This document shows positions 62,538-64,000 of a stretch of DNA of 64,000 nt, in pieces. The first letter of the stretch is position 1. Every line of letters starts with the position of its first letter. The translations under genes and the position numbers were made by a program. The notes under the pieces were generated by a model. It searched no databases. It was not told the origin of the DNA and saw nothing but the letters and a program-made list of their open reading frames with translations. The DNA is from Octopus vulgaris (taxonomy: Eukaryota), in assembly GCA_951406725.2 (NCBI GenBank), contig OX597822.1, positions 86,242,001 through 86,306,000 on the forward strand, read 5' to 3'.

Positions 62538-64000
62538 AACATATTTAAAGCAGCAATTTTTCAATTGAACAGTTTGTAACTGTAGGATTTAGAGTATCTT
62601 TTGATAATTGCATTAGTGCCAAATGGTTCAATGATTTGATTTAATAAGTTTAGACTTAATGAAATCTATAAACAATTTTTGAGTTAAAATGTATAATTAA
62701 CCTTGCATCTATTTTATCAATATTATCAAGATTCAAGTTTTTCTTAGACTCCATGTTTGTTTAGTTGATTATTAAAGTTACAAATCTTGATAAATTTGTT
62801 ATGTTTGCAATAATTAGTGAGTGAGTGCATCTGTAATTATCACTCATTTATCTAAGTAAATTGAAAACAAAAACAAGAGAGAATTGAGAGACAATCCACA
62901 AATGTTATTCCAAAGCTTTAGGCATCTGTTATAAATTGTAGTCTCTGCTTTACCATCATTATACATGTAGCATATTAAGACTGTTCTGCAGATGGAAATG
63001 GCCTGAAATATTTGCACACTCTGTTTACTGAATAACAGAGGACAAAATATGTAGTTGTTCACACTTCTTTGATTATAACAGATTTTAATGAAAATATTAG
63101 TTAGAAAAGCCTCAGAATTAGTTATAAGGTGATGTGGTTTGTCAGCATGTGACATATTTGCTATTTTCTGTTTTAGTTAAACATACGTCTGCCAGCATTG
63201 GATTAAATGAAGTAAGTTTGTATTTTCGTATTACATATTCATTTATAACAATGACTTTCACTTTTTTCAAATATTTTTTTATTCATTTCATATGTTAATA
63301 ACTAATATATTGTCATTAGAATTGTTACCTTGGTTAACAGTGGGGACTAGTTGTGGGCAGACTGTGGCCAAGGGGTCATATGTAGCCTAGGACTTTCTGA
63401 ATGGTTTGCCTAACAATAAATTACCTTCAATTTTTTTTTATAGTGTGGCTCACCTGATGTTAAGTGATGTCATAATGTGGCCCTCATGGCATTGAGTCAT
63501 GTCTGTTATGTGGCGCTTGCCAAAAAATACCCCTGTTTGGTGTAGACCATACTGTCTAGAATGTTCTCACATTAATGTTTCCTCTCTTCTTAACTATTTA
63601 CTCTCATTGCTAATACTTTTTAGGAAGAGTAAATGTCTGCCGTTTAATACAGAAAGTTTATGTTTGATGCCAATAACTATTGTTAGATTATATAAAACTT
63701 AGATTTTATAATCTAAGTTTTGATCAAGTGAAATGTTTGGTATTAGAATTTTATTTATTTTAGCAAAAAAGATTTCATGTTTAAATTTTAAAACTTGCTA
63801 AATATTTTCTGTTTAAATTACATATTGAAATCTAGTTTATTATTATGGATTATCAGTTATTTGCTTTTTTTATCACTGAAAATTTGACTGAAGACAAGAT
63901 TGTATTTTACCTGTAAATATCTGAATGAAAGTTAGAAAAAGCATCTTGTTAGAGGGAGAATATTAATTGGAGAATCACTTCTTTGGATCCCATCCGAGGC

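Overview
AT-rich animal genomic DNA. The repeat landscape (very long (TA)n/(TATG)n arrays, RTE, CR1 and Penelope retroelements, tRNA-derived SINEs) suggests an octopod cephalopod; this is an inference. Three host genes are visible, all on the + strand: the last two coding exons of an FBXL4-like gene (1931-2035, 4567-4702), a single-exon hnRNP K ORF with KH1 and KH2 but no KH3 (35296-36381), and the first coding exon of a UPF0047/YjbQ-family gene (60884-61019). The FBXL4 and YjbQ exons are not captured as such by the ORF track. The rest is mostly transposon remains: many copies of an RTE LINE with a PHD finger inserted in its RT, BovB-like RTE, two CR1-like LINEs, Penelope elements, R4/Dong, hAT, two mariners, a rosa-like element, a full-length IR/DR Tc1, MITEs and two head-to-tail non-autonomous Helitrons. 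The most notable non-coding signal is a set of hammerhead-ribozyme motifs. These include a canonical type I hammerhead inside a ~730-bp retrozyme/Penelope-pLTR-like unit (21548-22279) and a pair of oppositely oriented hammerheads in a TSD-flanked foldback insertion (45494-45828). All calls come from reading the sequence by eye; no searches or folding programs were run.
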